A DNA stretch of 64,000 bases from Nanobdellota archaeon (GTDB lineage Archaea > Aenigmatarchaeota > Aenigmatarchaeia > QMZP01). Position 1 is the first letter of the stretch; each line of letters starts with the position of its first letter. The notes under the pieces are model-generated. The model worked only from the letters and a program-made list of their open reading frames with translations. It searched no databases and was not told the origin of the DNA. Location: contig JBDRJQ010000029.1 of assembly GCA_043814765.1 (NCBI GenBank), positions 80,821 through 144,820 on the forward strand. Reading direction: 5' to 3'. Position numbers and translations under genes: made by a program. Below are positions 8,497 to 17,890 of this stretch, piece by piece.

Positions 8497-10212
8497 ATGA
8501 AATACACCAAGCTCGTGGATGTTTACGAAGAACTTGAAAAAACACCTTCAAAACTAAAGAAAACTGATATAATCGCTGAGTTTTTTGAGAAGGCAACAAA
8601 CGAGGACATATCAATGATTGCCTTGCTGGTGCAGGGAAAGGTTTTTCCTGGATGGAGCGAAAAAGAGATAGGCATAGCCCTGCAAACCATGATGAAAATT
8701 ATATCCAATTCGCTTGGCATAGCTTCTTCTAAAATTGAACAGGATTTTAAGAAAATAGGTGACTTGGGTCTTGTTGCTGAAAAATTCACAGTAGGAAAAA
8801 AACAGACAACACTATTCAAGAAAGAACTAACTGTTGATAAGGTTTTTGAAAACCTGCAAAAAGTGGCAAGTGTTGAGGGTAAAGGAACGCAAAACACAAA
8901 AATTCACATAATTGCAGAATTAATTGCGCATGCAAACGCAAAAGAGGCCAAATACATTGTAAGAACAACTCTTGGTGATTTGAGGATAGGTGTCGCTGAA
9001 GGCATTGTACGAGATGCTATTGCAAAAGCTTTTTTGAAAGATGATGAAAAAAAGGATGCTGTAAAAGCAATTGAAAGGGCATGGTTCGTCAGACCAGATT
9101 ATGGTGAAATAGCCAATGTAGCAAAAGCTGACGGAATTAAAGGATTGGATAAAATAAAACTAGCTGTTGGAAAACCTTATCATGTTCTTTTATCAGAGAA
9201 AGCCAAGTCTTTAGAAGATGCACTTTCTGCATTTAATAACACTGTTATAGAATACAAATTCGATGGTGCGCGGGTGTGCATACATAAAAAAAATGATATT
9301 ATATGGCTGTACACGCGAAGCCTAGAAAACGTTACAAAACAATTTCCAGAAGTTGTTTTGTGGGCGAAAAATAACATAAAGTCTAACAGCTGCATTGTAG
9401 AAGCAGAGATGTTGGGGTTTGATGCGAAGACAAAAAAACCATTGCCATTCCAGTTTCTATCTCAGAGGATAAAGAGAAAATATGACATAGAGAAGATTGC
9501 AAAAGAAATACCTGTTCAAGTTAACATTTTTGATATAACTTACTTAGATGGAAAGGATCTGTTTAATGAAAAGCTGGATAAAAGGCTCGCTCTTCTGAAA
9601 GGTGTTATAAACCCTGTTCCAGGTAAATTCCAGACAGTAAAGGGGCTGAGAACAAAGGACATTAAAAAGGTGGAAGAATTCTACAAAAAAGCTCTTTCTG
9701 ACAGCCAGGAAGGTGTTATGGTAAAGAACCTAGATGCTGTTTATCAGCCTGGAAGAAGAGTCGCAGGGGGCTGGTTAAAAGTTAAACCAACCATGGAAAA
9801 CCTAGACCTTGCGATTATAGGAGCGCAGTGGGGCACTGGGAAGCGAGCTGGGTGGTTGGGGTCGCTTATGCTCGGTTGCAGAGACGAGGAGAGCGGCAGG
9901 TTCCTATGCTGTGGAATGATAGGCACAGGTATAAAAGAAAAGGCTGCTGTTGAAGAAGATGTCACTTTTAATCAACTGATGAAGTTACTCAAACCCAACA
10001 TAGAGAATGAGAGCGGTGTAAACGTGAAAATAAGACCAAAAGTAGTGATTGAAGTGGCTTATGAAGAAATACAGCCGTCTACTAATTATGAGTCTGGTTT
10101 TGCGCTCAGATTCCCTCGTGTGATTAAAATTAGATGGGACAAGGGATCTTCTGAAGTGGATACAAAAGCCAGAATAAAACGGCTTTTTGAGAGTCAAAAA
10201 GGCAAAAAATAG
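8497..10212 (+). CDS. lig: ATP-dependent DNA ligase
   Basis: Adenylation motif I EYKFDGARV, EGVMVK, LKVKP, and an archaeal/eukaryotic ligase layout of 571 aa. Confidence 0.95.
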   Translation: MKYTKLVDVYEELEKTPSKLKKTDIIAEFFEKATNEDISMIALLVQGKVFPGWSEKEIGIALQTMMKIISNSLGIASSKIEQDFKKIGDLGLVAEKFTVGKKQTTLFKKELTVDKVFENLQKVASVEGKGTQNTKIHIIAELIAHANAKEAKYIVRTTLGDLRIGVAEGIVRDAIAKAFLKDDEKKDAVKAIERAWFVRPDYGEIANVAKADGIKGLDKIKLAVGKPYHVLLSEKAKSLEDALSAFNNTVIEYKFDGARVCIHKKNDIIWLYTRSLENVTKQFPEVVLWAKNNIKSNSCIVEAEMLGFDAKTKKPLPFQFLSQRIKRKYDIEKIAKEIPVQVNIFDITYLDGKDLFNEKLDKRLALLKGVINPVPGKFQTVKGLRTKDIKKVEEFYKKALSDSQEGVMVKNLDAVYQPGRRVAGGWLKVKPTMENLDLAIIGAQWGTGKRAGWLGSLMLGCRDEESGRFLCCGMIGTGIKEKAAVEEDVTFNQLMKLLKPNIENESGVNVKIRPKVVIEVAYEEIQPSTNYESGFALRFPRVIKIRWDKGSSEVDTKARIKRLFESQKGKK

Positions 10213-10350
10213 CTCCAAAAAGCAAACATTTATAAGTAATTGTAACAACTTTAAGGTAACAAAAGCTTTTAAAGGCTTTTATCCTAAATTAATCACTGTG
10301 TAATAGAAATAGTTTATATACAAAAAGTGCACAATATAAATAGGTGAACT

Positions 10351-11142
10351 ATGGTGGTAGCAAGTACTGAAGCACTAGATGCTTTGAAGAGTATAGGATT
10401 GAACCTATATGAGAGAAAAATATTTACAGCTTTGCTAGCAAAAGGTGTAGCAACAGCTGCAGAAGTTTCTGAGCTTGCAAAAGTGCCACGTTCACGTTCT
10501 TATGATGTTCTTGAATCGCTTTCAGAAAAGGGATTCGTAATGGTTCAGCCTTCAAAACCAATAAAATATGTAGTTTTGGAGCCTTCTGAAGCACTTGATA
10601 GAACAAAGGATATAATGAAGAAAAATCATGATGAAACCATTGAAAGAATAAACAAGCTTCAAAAATCTCCAATTCTTGATGAGTTAAACGGTATTTTTAC
10701 TAAAGGAATGAACCTTGTTCAACCAACACAGATGACTGGTACAATTAAGGGAAGACACTTAATTGACAGACAGTTAAATTCTATTTTCAAAAAAGCTTCA
10801 AGTGAAATAAACATTGTTACTACAAAAAAGGGTTTAGAGGATTTACAGTTAAACCATATGAGAACTCTGAAGAAAGCATCTAAAAACGGAGTTAAAGTTA
10901 AGATAGCTGCTCCTTTTGATAAAAACAGTGACATGAAAGAGCTCAGTGCAATAGCAGAAATAAAGAATGTTGCATCACCAACAGGAAGAGTTTTCGTAGT
11001 TGACAATGATTATGTTCTAATGGGTCTTGCAGACGACAAAGACACACACGAAAGCCAGGACATTGCATTCTGGGCAAATTCAGGCCATGCAGTAAAAACA
11101 ATAGCAAAACCAGTTTTTAGTAGATACTGGAATGGTAAGTAG
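10351..11142 (+). CDS. TrmB-family transcriptional regulator
   Basis: N-terminal winged HTH (LYERKIFTALLAKGVATAAEVSELAKVPRSRSYDVLESLSEKGFV) plus a TrmB-like C-terminal domain. Confidence 0.8.
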   Translation: MVVASTEALDALKSIGLNLYERKIFTALLAKGVATAAEVSELAKVPRSRSYDVLESLSEKGFVMVQPSKPIKYVVLEPSEALDRTKDIMKKNHDETIERINKLQKSPILDELNGIFTKGMNLVQPTQMTGTIKGRHLIDRQLNSIFKKASSEINIVTTKKGLEDLQLNHMRTLKKASKNGVKVKIAAPFDKNSDMKELSAIAEIKNVASPTGRVFVVDNDYVLMGLADDKDTHESQDIAFWANSGHAVKTIAKPVFSRYWNGK

Positions 11143-11151
11143 AATTATTTC

Positions 11152-11577
11152 TTAGAATCTATTTACTTTTGCAATTTTGCTTTTGAATGGATTATCTTCT
11201 TGATCTCTGTAAGGCATTCTAAATTTTTGGGCTTCTGAAATAAAACCTAAGGCTTTGTTGGTAAAATTCCAAGAATCTTCGGTTGCTTTTTCATCGGGTT
11301 TTATTTTTTCGCATTTGGGGTTTCTTTCAATCAAACTGGCAAGAATTGCCGGGTATGCTGTCAGGCCCGAGCTTTCAAAATCTGCGCAATTTTTGCCCTC
11401 TCCACGATTATGGATATTATTGTAAAGGCCTTCATCATCTGTATCCGCCAAGCAACCATATTTTTCAATATCGTCATAAGTGCCGCTTGTTTCAAAAACA
11501 ATGTTTTTGCAGTAAAAGCATATCCTGTAGGCAATTCTATGAAACCTTGGTTCCGAAACATTCAATAGCATATCCAT
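11152..11577 (-). CDS. Hypothetical protein
   Basis: 141-aa ORF lying 49 nt downstream of porB on the same strand. No recognisable motif. Confidence 0.4.
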   Translation of the reverse strand: MDMLLNVSEPRFHRIAYRICFYCKNIVFETSGTYDDIEKYGCLADTDDEGLYNNIHNRGEGKNCADFESSGLTAYPAILASLIERNPKCEKIKPDEKATEDSWNFTNKALGFISEAQKFRMPYRDQEDNPFKSKIAKVNRF

Positions 11578-11626
11578 GAGATTTATTAGACAAAAAATTA
11601 TTTAAGCATTTTGCAGGTTTTAAAAA

Positions 11627-12550
11627 TCAGCACATCTTCTCTCGTTTTTCGTAGTTTTCCCAAGCAGTGTTAACATTATCCTGGATTTTCTTTATTTCGT
11701 TCTCGTTCTTTAGAAGATGTTTGAATCTGCCCTGAGTCTTTAGATAATCTTCCACAGGTTTTTTATTCTCGACGCGCTTGGTGATTTTGAACTTTCCGTC
11801 TTCTATTTCGAAAAGAGCCCACATGCCTGTTTCGACTGCGAGCTTTGCGATATTAATTGTCTGGCTAGTGTCGAACTTCCATCCTGTTGTGCATGGCGCA
11901 TGGATGTGAACAAAAGAAGGCTGTCTTTCAAAAGCAATTTTCATTTTCCTGATGAGATCCTGCGGATAAGCCACAGAAGCGGATGCAGCATATGGTATTC
12001 CATGAGCTGCAACTATCTCTACAATTGGTTTTTTGAATGTTTTGTTGCCATCAGAAGCTTTTCCAGCAGGTGATGTTGTAGTTGATGCGCCGTAAGGCGT
12101 AGCACTTGAACGCTGCACTCCTGTATTAGCATAACATTCATTATCTAAACATACCTGTGTAACTTTGTGACCTCTTTCCAGCATGCCAGAAAGTGACTGC
12201 AAACCTATGTCAAAGGTTCCGCCATCTCCTGCAATAGCTAGTATCTTCCAGCCCTTTCCAAGTTTTTTTGTCGCAGCTTCTATACCGCTTGCTACTGATG
12301 ACGCTGTTTCAAAAGCTGCATGTATCCAAGGAACATTCCATGCTGTATTAGGGTACATAGATGTAGTAACTTCTAAACAGGAAGTTGCGCAGCTAACTAT
12401 GATATCCCTTGGTGCTGCTCTTGATATCAGATGCACTGCAATTGCTACGCTGCACCCGCCACACATTGAGTGTCCTTGTGACAGAAGACCCTGTCTGCTT
12501 TCTGTGGGTCTAGCTTCTGGTCTAATTTCTGAAGTCATACTATATAGCAA
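11627..12550 (-). CDS. porB: 2-oxoacid (pyruvate):ferredoxin oxidoreductase, beta (TPP-binding) subunit
   Basis: GHSMCGGCS N-terminal motif, TPP motif GDGGTFDIGLQSL...LDNECYANTG, and a C-terminus typical of PorB. Confidence 0.88.
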   Translation of the reverse strand: MLYSMTSEIRPEARPTESRQGLLSQGHSMCGGCSVAIAVHLISRAAPRDIIVSCATSCLEVTTSMYPNTAWNVPWIHAAFETASSVASGIEAATKKLGKGWKILAIAGDGGTFDIGLQSLSGMLERGHKVTQVCLDNECYANTGVQRSSATPYGASTTTSPAGKASDGNKTFKKPIVEIVAAHGIPYAASASVAYPQDLIRKMKIAFERQPSFVHIHAPCTTGWKFDTSQTINIAKLAVETGMWALFEIEDGKFKITKRVENKKPVEDYLKTQGRFKHLLKNENEIKKIQDNVNTAWENYEKREKMC

Positions 12551-12648
12551 TGTACAAAGCCTTTTAAAGTTATGTAAAAAACATCGACTAAAGCCGGTAT
12601 TAACATGCCTAAAGATATAGATAGTTAAAATTAAAGTAAAGGAAGAGT

Positions 12649-12954
12649 TTATTTCTTCTCTTCTTTCTTTTCTTCCTTTTTCTCCTCTTCTTTTTTTGGC
12701 TCTGATTTGGTCTCTGTTTCACGACTCAACTCTTTTTGGGCCTTTAATTCATCTAGTTCTAACCAAACAACAAAAAGGCCGAGTATTATCAAGAAGATCG
12801 GAATTATACCAGTAATAACAACCAAGAAGTTGTTTATCCAATCTATTCCGTAAGTTCCTGTATCCCCGAATATAGGAATCACTGAGTCTGCGAAAAGCCC
12901 AAGTCCTAGCACTATCATTATTAAACCGAGCAAAACTTTAATTGCAGCATTCAT
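12649..12954 (-). CDS. Small membrane protein with a K/E-rich C-terminal tail
   Basis: Two to three hydrophobic helices followed by EPKKEEEKKEEKKEEKK. Confidence 0.5.
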   Translation of the reverse strand: MNAAIKVLLGLIMIVLGLGLFADSVIPIFGDTGTYGIDWINNFLVVITGIIPIFLIILGLFVVWLELDELKAQKELSRETETKSEPKKEEEKKEEKKEEKK

Positions 12955-13076
12955 ATTATCACTTAACCCCTATTTAGTACACTATTTTTATATATCTTCG
13001 CATTTATATTGATATACTTGAAGTAAATAAGTATTAACAGCAAGCTTTTAATACTTAATGTTTCAGGAGAAAGCGT

Positions 13077-13586
13077 ATGTACAAACAGTTAATTCAAGCA
13101 TGGAAAAGGCCTAAAGAAGGTCTTGGAAAAGTCTGGAAACAGAGGCTCATTGAACTGAGAAGAGAGCCTGTTATAACACGCGTGGAAAGGCCTACAAGAT
13201 TGGACAGGGCAAGGTCTCTAGGATACAGAGCAAAACAGGGATTTGTTATAGCACGCGTTAGAGTTGTTAAAGGACGGAGAAAGAGGCCTAAATTCGCAGG
13301 CGGTAGAAGACCTAAAGCGCGCGGAAGATTCTTCTCATTAGATAAATCTAAACAGGTTGTCGCAGAGCAGAAAGTTTCAAAGAAATTCCCTAACATGGAA
13401 GTACTGAATTCTTACTGGTTAGCTGAAGACGGTAGATACACATGGTTTGAATGCATTCTTGTTGATCCAAACCACCCACAAATAATCAAGGATAAGAAAA
13501 TAAACTGGATTGCAGAGGCTCAGCATACAAAACGCGCAGAGCGTGGATTGACATCAGCAGGCAAGAAATCCCGCGGCCTTAAGTAA
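13077..13586 (+). CDS. rpl15e: 50S ribosomal protein L15e
   Basis: [15 protein letters not shown]..., a highly basic sequence with typical eL15 features. Confidence 0.92.
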   Translation: MYKQLIQAWKRPKEGLGKVWKQRLIELRREPVITRVERPTRLDRARSLGYRAKQGFVIARVRVVKGRRKRPKFAGGRRPKARGRFFSLDKSKQVVAEQKVSKKFPNMEVLNSYWLAEDGRYTWFECILVDPNHPQIIKDKKINWIAEAQHTKRAERGLTSAGKKSRGLK

Positions 13587-13626
13587 TTTTCTAATATTTA
13601 TAAACCTGAGTTCACAATAGATTATT

Positions 13627-14187
13627 ATGGATATGATTTTGTTTCAGGGTCCGTTTGGACAAATCATTACTAGCATGCAGAATATGGGTTTCTTCTTGTA
13701 CTTGTTTCCATTCTTGCTTGCACTAGCTTTGTTATATGGAATAATGGAAAAAACTTTGAGTGGAACTCTTCCAAAACCAGCAAGGGCTTTAATATCAATA
13801 ATATTATCCTTTTTTGTAATGCTTTTTGTGAGCTGGAACCCAGCGATAGTCACGTTCTTTGCAACACTTTCAGGAACAGGATTGCTTGTATTATCGGGAC
13901 TGCTGTTCTTGATGATAATTTTGGGTTTCACAGGATTTAACATAAAGGAGCATTTCTCAGGAGAACATGCAAAATGGGTCTGGGTTTTGGTTATAATACT
14001 AATCGTTGTGCTTCTGTTCTTCGGCGCAGGAGCAGGCAATTTCATAAACATGCCTAGCTGGTCAATGACATCAGACTTCTGGACCGCACTGTTCTTCATC
14101 GCAATACTCGCAGCAGTAATGTTCTGGATGGGTAAGGATGATAAGCCAGCAGCAACTAAGCCAGCAGGCGGAAGACCATCTGGTTAA
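13627..14187 (+). CDS. Integral membrane protein (hypothetical)
   Basis: Five to six predicted TM helices. The antisense ORF 13644..14099 is a shadow. Confidence 0.55.
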   Translation: MDMILFQGPFGQIITSMQNMGFFLYLFPFLLALALLYGIMEKTLSGTLPKPARALISIILSFFVMLFVSWNPAIVTFFATLSGTGLLVLSGLLFLMIILGFTGFNIKEHFSGEHAKWVWVLVIILIVVLLFFGAGAGNFINMPSWSMTSDFWTALFFIAILAAVMFWMGKDDKPAATKPAGGRPSG

Positions 14188-14214
14188 ATTTCTAAAATTA
14201 GTTTTTGTTCAGTG

Positions 14215-15156
14215 TTATTTCTTTTTGCCTTTCTTGAGCTCTCTTATCGTTTCGGACAGCGAACGCAGTGACTCCATCATTGGCGTCAACGAGCTCTTAA
14301 CAACGTCTTCCATTGACTGCATTTTGTCTCCTATCTCAGAAACAGATTTCTCGTGCATGTCCACTCTCTCAGACAACTTTTCGACGCTTTCAGGCTTTAT
14401 CTGATGCATATCACTAACATCTTCCTTAAAGGCTGCGAGCTTCTTTTCAATCTTTTCAAAGCGTATCTCAAAAGAATCCATTTTATTCTTTACAGAATCC
14501 CATTTCTCTTCAATAACGGTTTCCACAAGCTCCTCTATGACCTCTTTTGTTTCATCGTCAACTGGTTTTTTTGGTCCGCCCAGTTCCATTGGGTCCATTC
14601 TTTCCCTAGGAATGCCCTCAAACTGCTCTCTTGGCAGTTCTGGTTCTGATGGTTCATGCTCTCTATTATAATTTTCTTTTCTGGGTCTGTCTCTTGGACG
14701 TTCTAGAGGCTCTATATCTTCTCTCAAATCGCTTGACATTTCTTCTAGGGTTTTTCTCGGAGGTTTTGTTATTTTTACTTCTTCGTAACCAGGCTCTCCT
14801 GGTAATCTGGGCAATTCTGGCATATCTTCTCTTATTTTGCGTTCTTCTCTGTCATCCTCTCTTCGCAAATCCTTTTTAACGCCAGGCCTGTCCTCATAGT
14901 CTGGTAAAGGAATCTCTTCTTCTGATACAGGTGGAAGCTTTTCTAGCTTAGGGAATCTGGATCTCTCTAACCTATGGGATATAGGATCATTAGCAGCTCC
15001 CTTTAAAGCTTCCCTAAGAGCTTTGTCTACTGCCAGTGGTCCGTAGCCTCTTTCACGCAGCCTGTTTATTATTTCAGTTTCTGGGATGCCTTTTTTGGAC
15101 ATCTCCATTACTGCATGAACCGGTATTTTTTCTCTTATTTTTTTATGGAAAGCCAT
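14215..15156 (-). CDS. Hypothetical protein with a small helical N-domain, a long P/E/R-rich disordered linker and a C-terminal coiled coil
   Basis: N-terminus VMEMSKKGIPETEIINRLRERGYGPLAVDKALREAL (UBA-like by eye). About 150 aa of PE/RE low-complexity sequence. The C-terminal ~110 aa show a heptad-like pattern. Confidence 0.55.
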   Translation of the reverse strand: MAFHKKIREKIPVHAVMEMSKKGIPETEIINRLRERGYGPLAVDKALREALKGAANDPISHRLERSRFPKLEKLPPVSEEEIPLPDYEDRPGVKKDLRREDDREERKIREDMPELPRLPGEPGYEEVKITKPPRKTLEEMSSDLREDIEPLERPRDRPRKENYNREHEPSEPELPREQFEGIPRERMDPMELGGPKKPVDDETKEVIEELVETVIEEKWDSVKNKMDSFEIRFEKIEKKLAAFKEDVSDMHQIKPESVEKLSERVDMHEKSVSEIGDKMQSMEDVVKSSLTPMMESLRSLSETIRELKKGKKK

Positions 15157-15548
15157 TATTTACCTCCGTCCTCCATTATCTTCTTTAGCTCTCTTCTTGT
15201 AACAAACTGTGATTTTATTGGATTATAGATTTTTAGGGCTTCCCTGAGTCCCATAATTTCTGACTTGGTTGCTGTGTCATTTATTTTTTTAGACAGCTCC
15301 TTCATAACGCTTTCCATTTTCAATAATCCCTCTTCATAAAGCTGCATTTTCTTTTCAAACTTTTTTATGAAAACTTTTGATTCATTTAACTGTTCCAGCG
15401 ATTCAGCCTGTAAAGAGTTGATTTTTGTAACTGTCGTGTTGTTTCTTTGCTCAACAATTCTCAGCCTCATTATAATAGAATTTGTCCTCTCTATTAGTTC
15501 GTTCAATATATCGCGTATGTTTCTTCTGCCGTATTCACCATTGACCAT
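15156..15548 (-). CDS. Hypothetical coiled-coil protein
   Basis: 130 aa, heptad-rich. Its stop overlaps the start of the downstream gene by 1 nt at 15156, which indicates an operon. Confidence 0.5.
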   Translation of the reverse strand: MVNGEYGRRNIRDILNELIERTNSIIMRLRIVEQRNNTTVTKINSLQAESLEQLNESKVFIKKFEKKMQLYEEGLLKMESVMKELSKKINDTATKSEIMGLREALKIYNPIKSQFVTRRELKKIMEDGGK

Positions 15549-15616
15549 GTTTATTATTTGGTCAGTTGAAATAAAACCTTTTAGAGCATTTATTTACTCC
15601 AAACTAATAGATTATC

Positions 15617-17881
15617 ATGGTCATCAAATCAAGACGCCCTGATTATGAATACAACGAAGATAAGATGCAGCTGAAAATAAATTACGTGGGTTCTATATAT
15701 GGCGCTTCTATTGAAGATTTCGAAGAATGCATGGCCAATGCTATTGATAAATTATTGGAAATAAAAAAAGTGAATAGTGTAGTTTTGTTAAAAGACAGAG
15801 AATATGAATATGGCTATGATCAGGTTAAAATGCTCAGAGAGATAGCTGAAATATTAGATGATATAGCAAAGGGAACAATGCTGTCACATGAAATATTTGT
15901 TAATGACAAATATGTCAGATACTCTTCTGAAATGAATTCCATCATCCAATACATAATATTTGATTTGTTGAGAAGGGATCCTATAGGAGCATACGTAGAA
16001 ATAAAGAGGGAGATGCGTGACACTAAAATAAAAATGCGCGAAGCTAAAAGCAAAATTGAACATAGGTGTTATTTTCTCTACATGCGTGATATACTGGATC
16101 CTATTAAGAAACTGCTTGACAAGACCAAATTAATATCATTGGTTTCAGACAGGTTAGCAGGGTACCATTTAGGTGACAGGACTCTTTATAGAGAAGTGTT
16201 TACGCCATCCATTAAACCCAATTTTATGCTTACACGATTCATGCTAACCGTGCCAGAGGGGGCAAAATCGCTTGACAGATACAAAATAAACGATATTCAA
16301 GTCGAGATATTTAAGATGCCTGACAGTTCCCAGAATATTTATTATGTCATACCGCCAGAATTTGGACTCAGTCATGATAAATATGCTGTATTGGATGCTG
16401 CCAGAAGGTACATGACTGTTCACAGACCAAGAACAATAGAGTTTGTTAAATCTGACAGGGTCAGGGAAATCTTTCAAAACGTTGGCAGAGACGTTATAAG
16501 AGAAACGTCAAGAAGAATGCATGTCGAATTGTCAAGAAACGAATTGGAACAGTTAACAAACATTCTAACCCGCTATACAACTGGTCTGGGAGTTTTAGAG
16601 GTTCTACTGTCAGATGAAAAAATACAAGATATTTACATAAACTCTCCGATAGACAGTCAGAATATTTTAATTTTCCATGAAGATTGGGAAGAGTGCAAAA
16701 CCAATCTCATACCAACAAATGAAGACGCAGAAACCTGGGCAACCAGGCTTAGAATACAATCAGGCAGACCTTTGGATGAAGCAAACCCTGTGCTGGATAC
16801 TGATATAAATGTTCCAGGAGGAAGTGCGAGATTCGCTGTGATAACAAGAACTTTATCTCCGTATGGATTAGGTTTCGCCATAAGAAGACACAGGGATAAG
16901 CCTTGGACGCTGCCTCTTTTTGTAAAAAATAAAATGATTAATCCGCTAGCAGCCGGACTATTATCTTTTTTGATAGACGGGTCTGTATCCATGCTGGTTG
17001 CTGGTGGCAGATCGTCGGGTAAAACATCCATGCTGGGCGCACTAATGCTTGAGATACTTCCAAAAACCAGGATAGTTACAATAGAAGATACTCTTGAGCT
17101 TCCTGTTAACCAGATAAGAGACCTAAATTTCAACATAGAGAGGCTGAAATCAAGATCTGTTATAACACGGGTAGAAACAGAGATGCCTGCTGATGAGGCT
17201 CTGAGAACTGCATTGAGATTAGGAGACTCTGCAATGATAATAGGTGAAGTCAGAAGCGTTGAGGCAAAGGCTCTTTACGAAGCAATGAGGATAGGAGCCC
17301 TATCAAACGTGGTTGCAGGAACAATCCACGGAGAATCACCTTATGGTGTTTATGACAGAGTTGTTAATGATTTAGGAGTGCCTTCAACATCATTCAAAGC
17401 AACTGATATATTACCAATATGTAAAATGCTTCGTTCTGCAGACGGTTTACACAGGTTTAGAAGAATGACAGAAATAGCTGAGGTTAGAAAGGAATGGACT
17501 GACGATCCTATGAAAGAAGGCGGATTTGTGACTCTGATGCAGTATTCTGGAAAGGATGATACGCTTAAACCATCAGATACTCTTGTTAACGGTGAATCTG
17601 AAGTTCTAAACAGAATAGCATCATATGTTAGAGAGTGGAGCGGAAACTGGGATGCTGTCTGGGAGAATATAAAATTAAGAGGCCGCATAAAAGAGACCAT
17701 AGTTCAAACTGCTGATAAAATCAACAGACCAGAGATACTTGAAGCTGATTATATGGTAGCTTCTAATTCAATGTTTCATGTCATTCAGGAAAAAATAAAA
17801 AAAGAACTGGGATTGTCAGAGCCTGAGAGAGTCTATAACGACTGGTTAAAGTGGTTTAAAGCTTATATAAAAAAGGATTAG
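15617..17881 (+). CDS. Type II/IV secretion-system ATPase of the FlaI/ArlI/GspE/VirB11 superfamily, with a long N-terminal extension
   Basis: Walker A GGRSSGKTS, Asp box TIEDTLEL, Walker B MIIGEVR, His box GTIHG. 754 aa. Confidence 0.85.
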   Translation: MVIKSRRPDYEYNEDKMQLKINYVGSIYGASIEDFEECMANAIDKLLEIKKVNSVVLLKDREYEYGYDQVKMLREIAEILDDIAKGTMLSHEIFVNDKYVRYSSEMNSIIQYIIFDLLRRDPIGAYVEIKREMRDTKIKMREAKSKIEHRCYFLYMRDILDPIKKLLDKTKLISLVSDRLAGYHLGDRTLYREVFTPSIKPNFMLTRFMLTVPEGAKSLDRYKINDIQVEIFKMPDSSQNIYYVIPPEFGLSHDKYAVLDAARRYMTVHRPRTIEFVKSDRVREIFQNVGRDVIRETSRRMHVELSRNELEQLTNILTRYTTGLGVLEVLLSDEKIQDIYINSPIDSQNILIFHEDWEECKTNLIPTNEDAETWATRLRIQSGRPLDEANPVLDTDINVPGGSARFAVITRTLSPYGLGFAIRRHRDKPWTLPLFVKNKMINPLAAGLLSFLIDGSVSMLVAGGRSSGKTSMLGALMLEILPKTRIVTIEDTLELPVNQIRDLNFNIERLKSRSVITRVETEMPADEALRTALRLGDSAMIIGEVRSVEAKALYEAMRIGALSNVVAGTIHGESPYGVYDRVVNDLGVPSTSFKATDILPICKMLRSADGLHRFRRMTEIAEVRKEWTDDPMKEGGFVTLMQYSGKDDTLKPSDTLVNGESEVLNRIASYVREWSGNWDAVWENIKLRGRIKETIVQTADKINRPEILEADYMVASNSMFHVIQEKIKKELGLSEPERVYNDWLKWFKAYIKKD

Positions 17882-17890
17882 AGTGATTGT

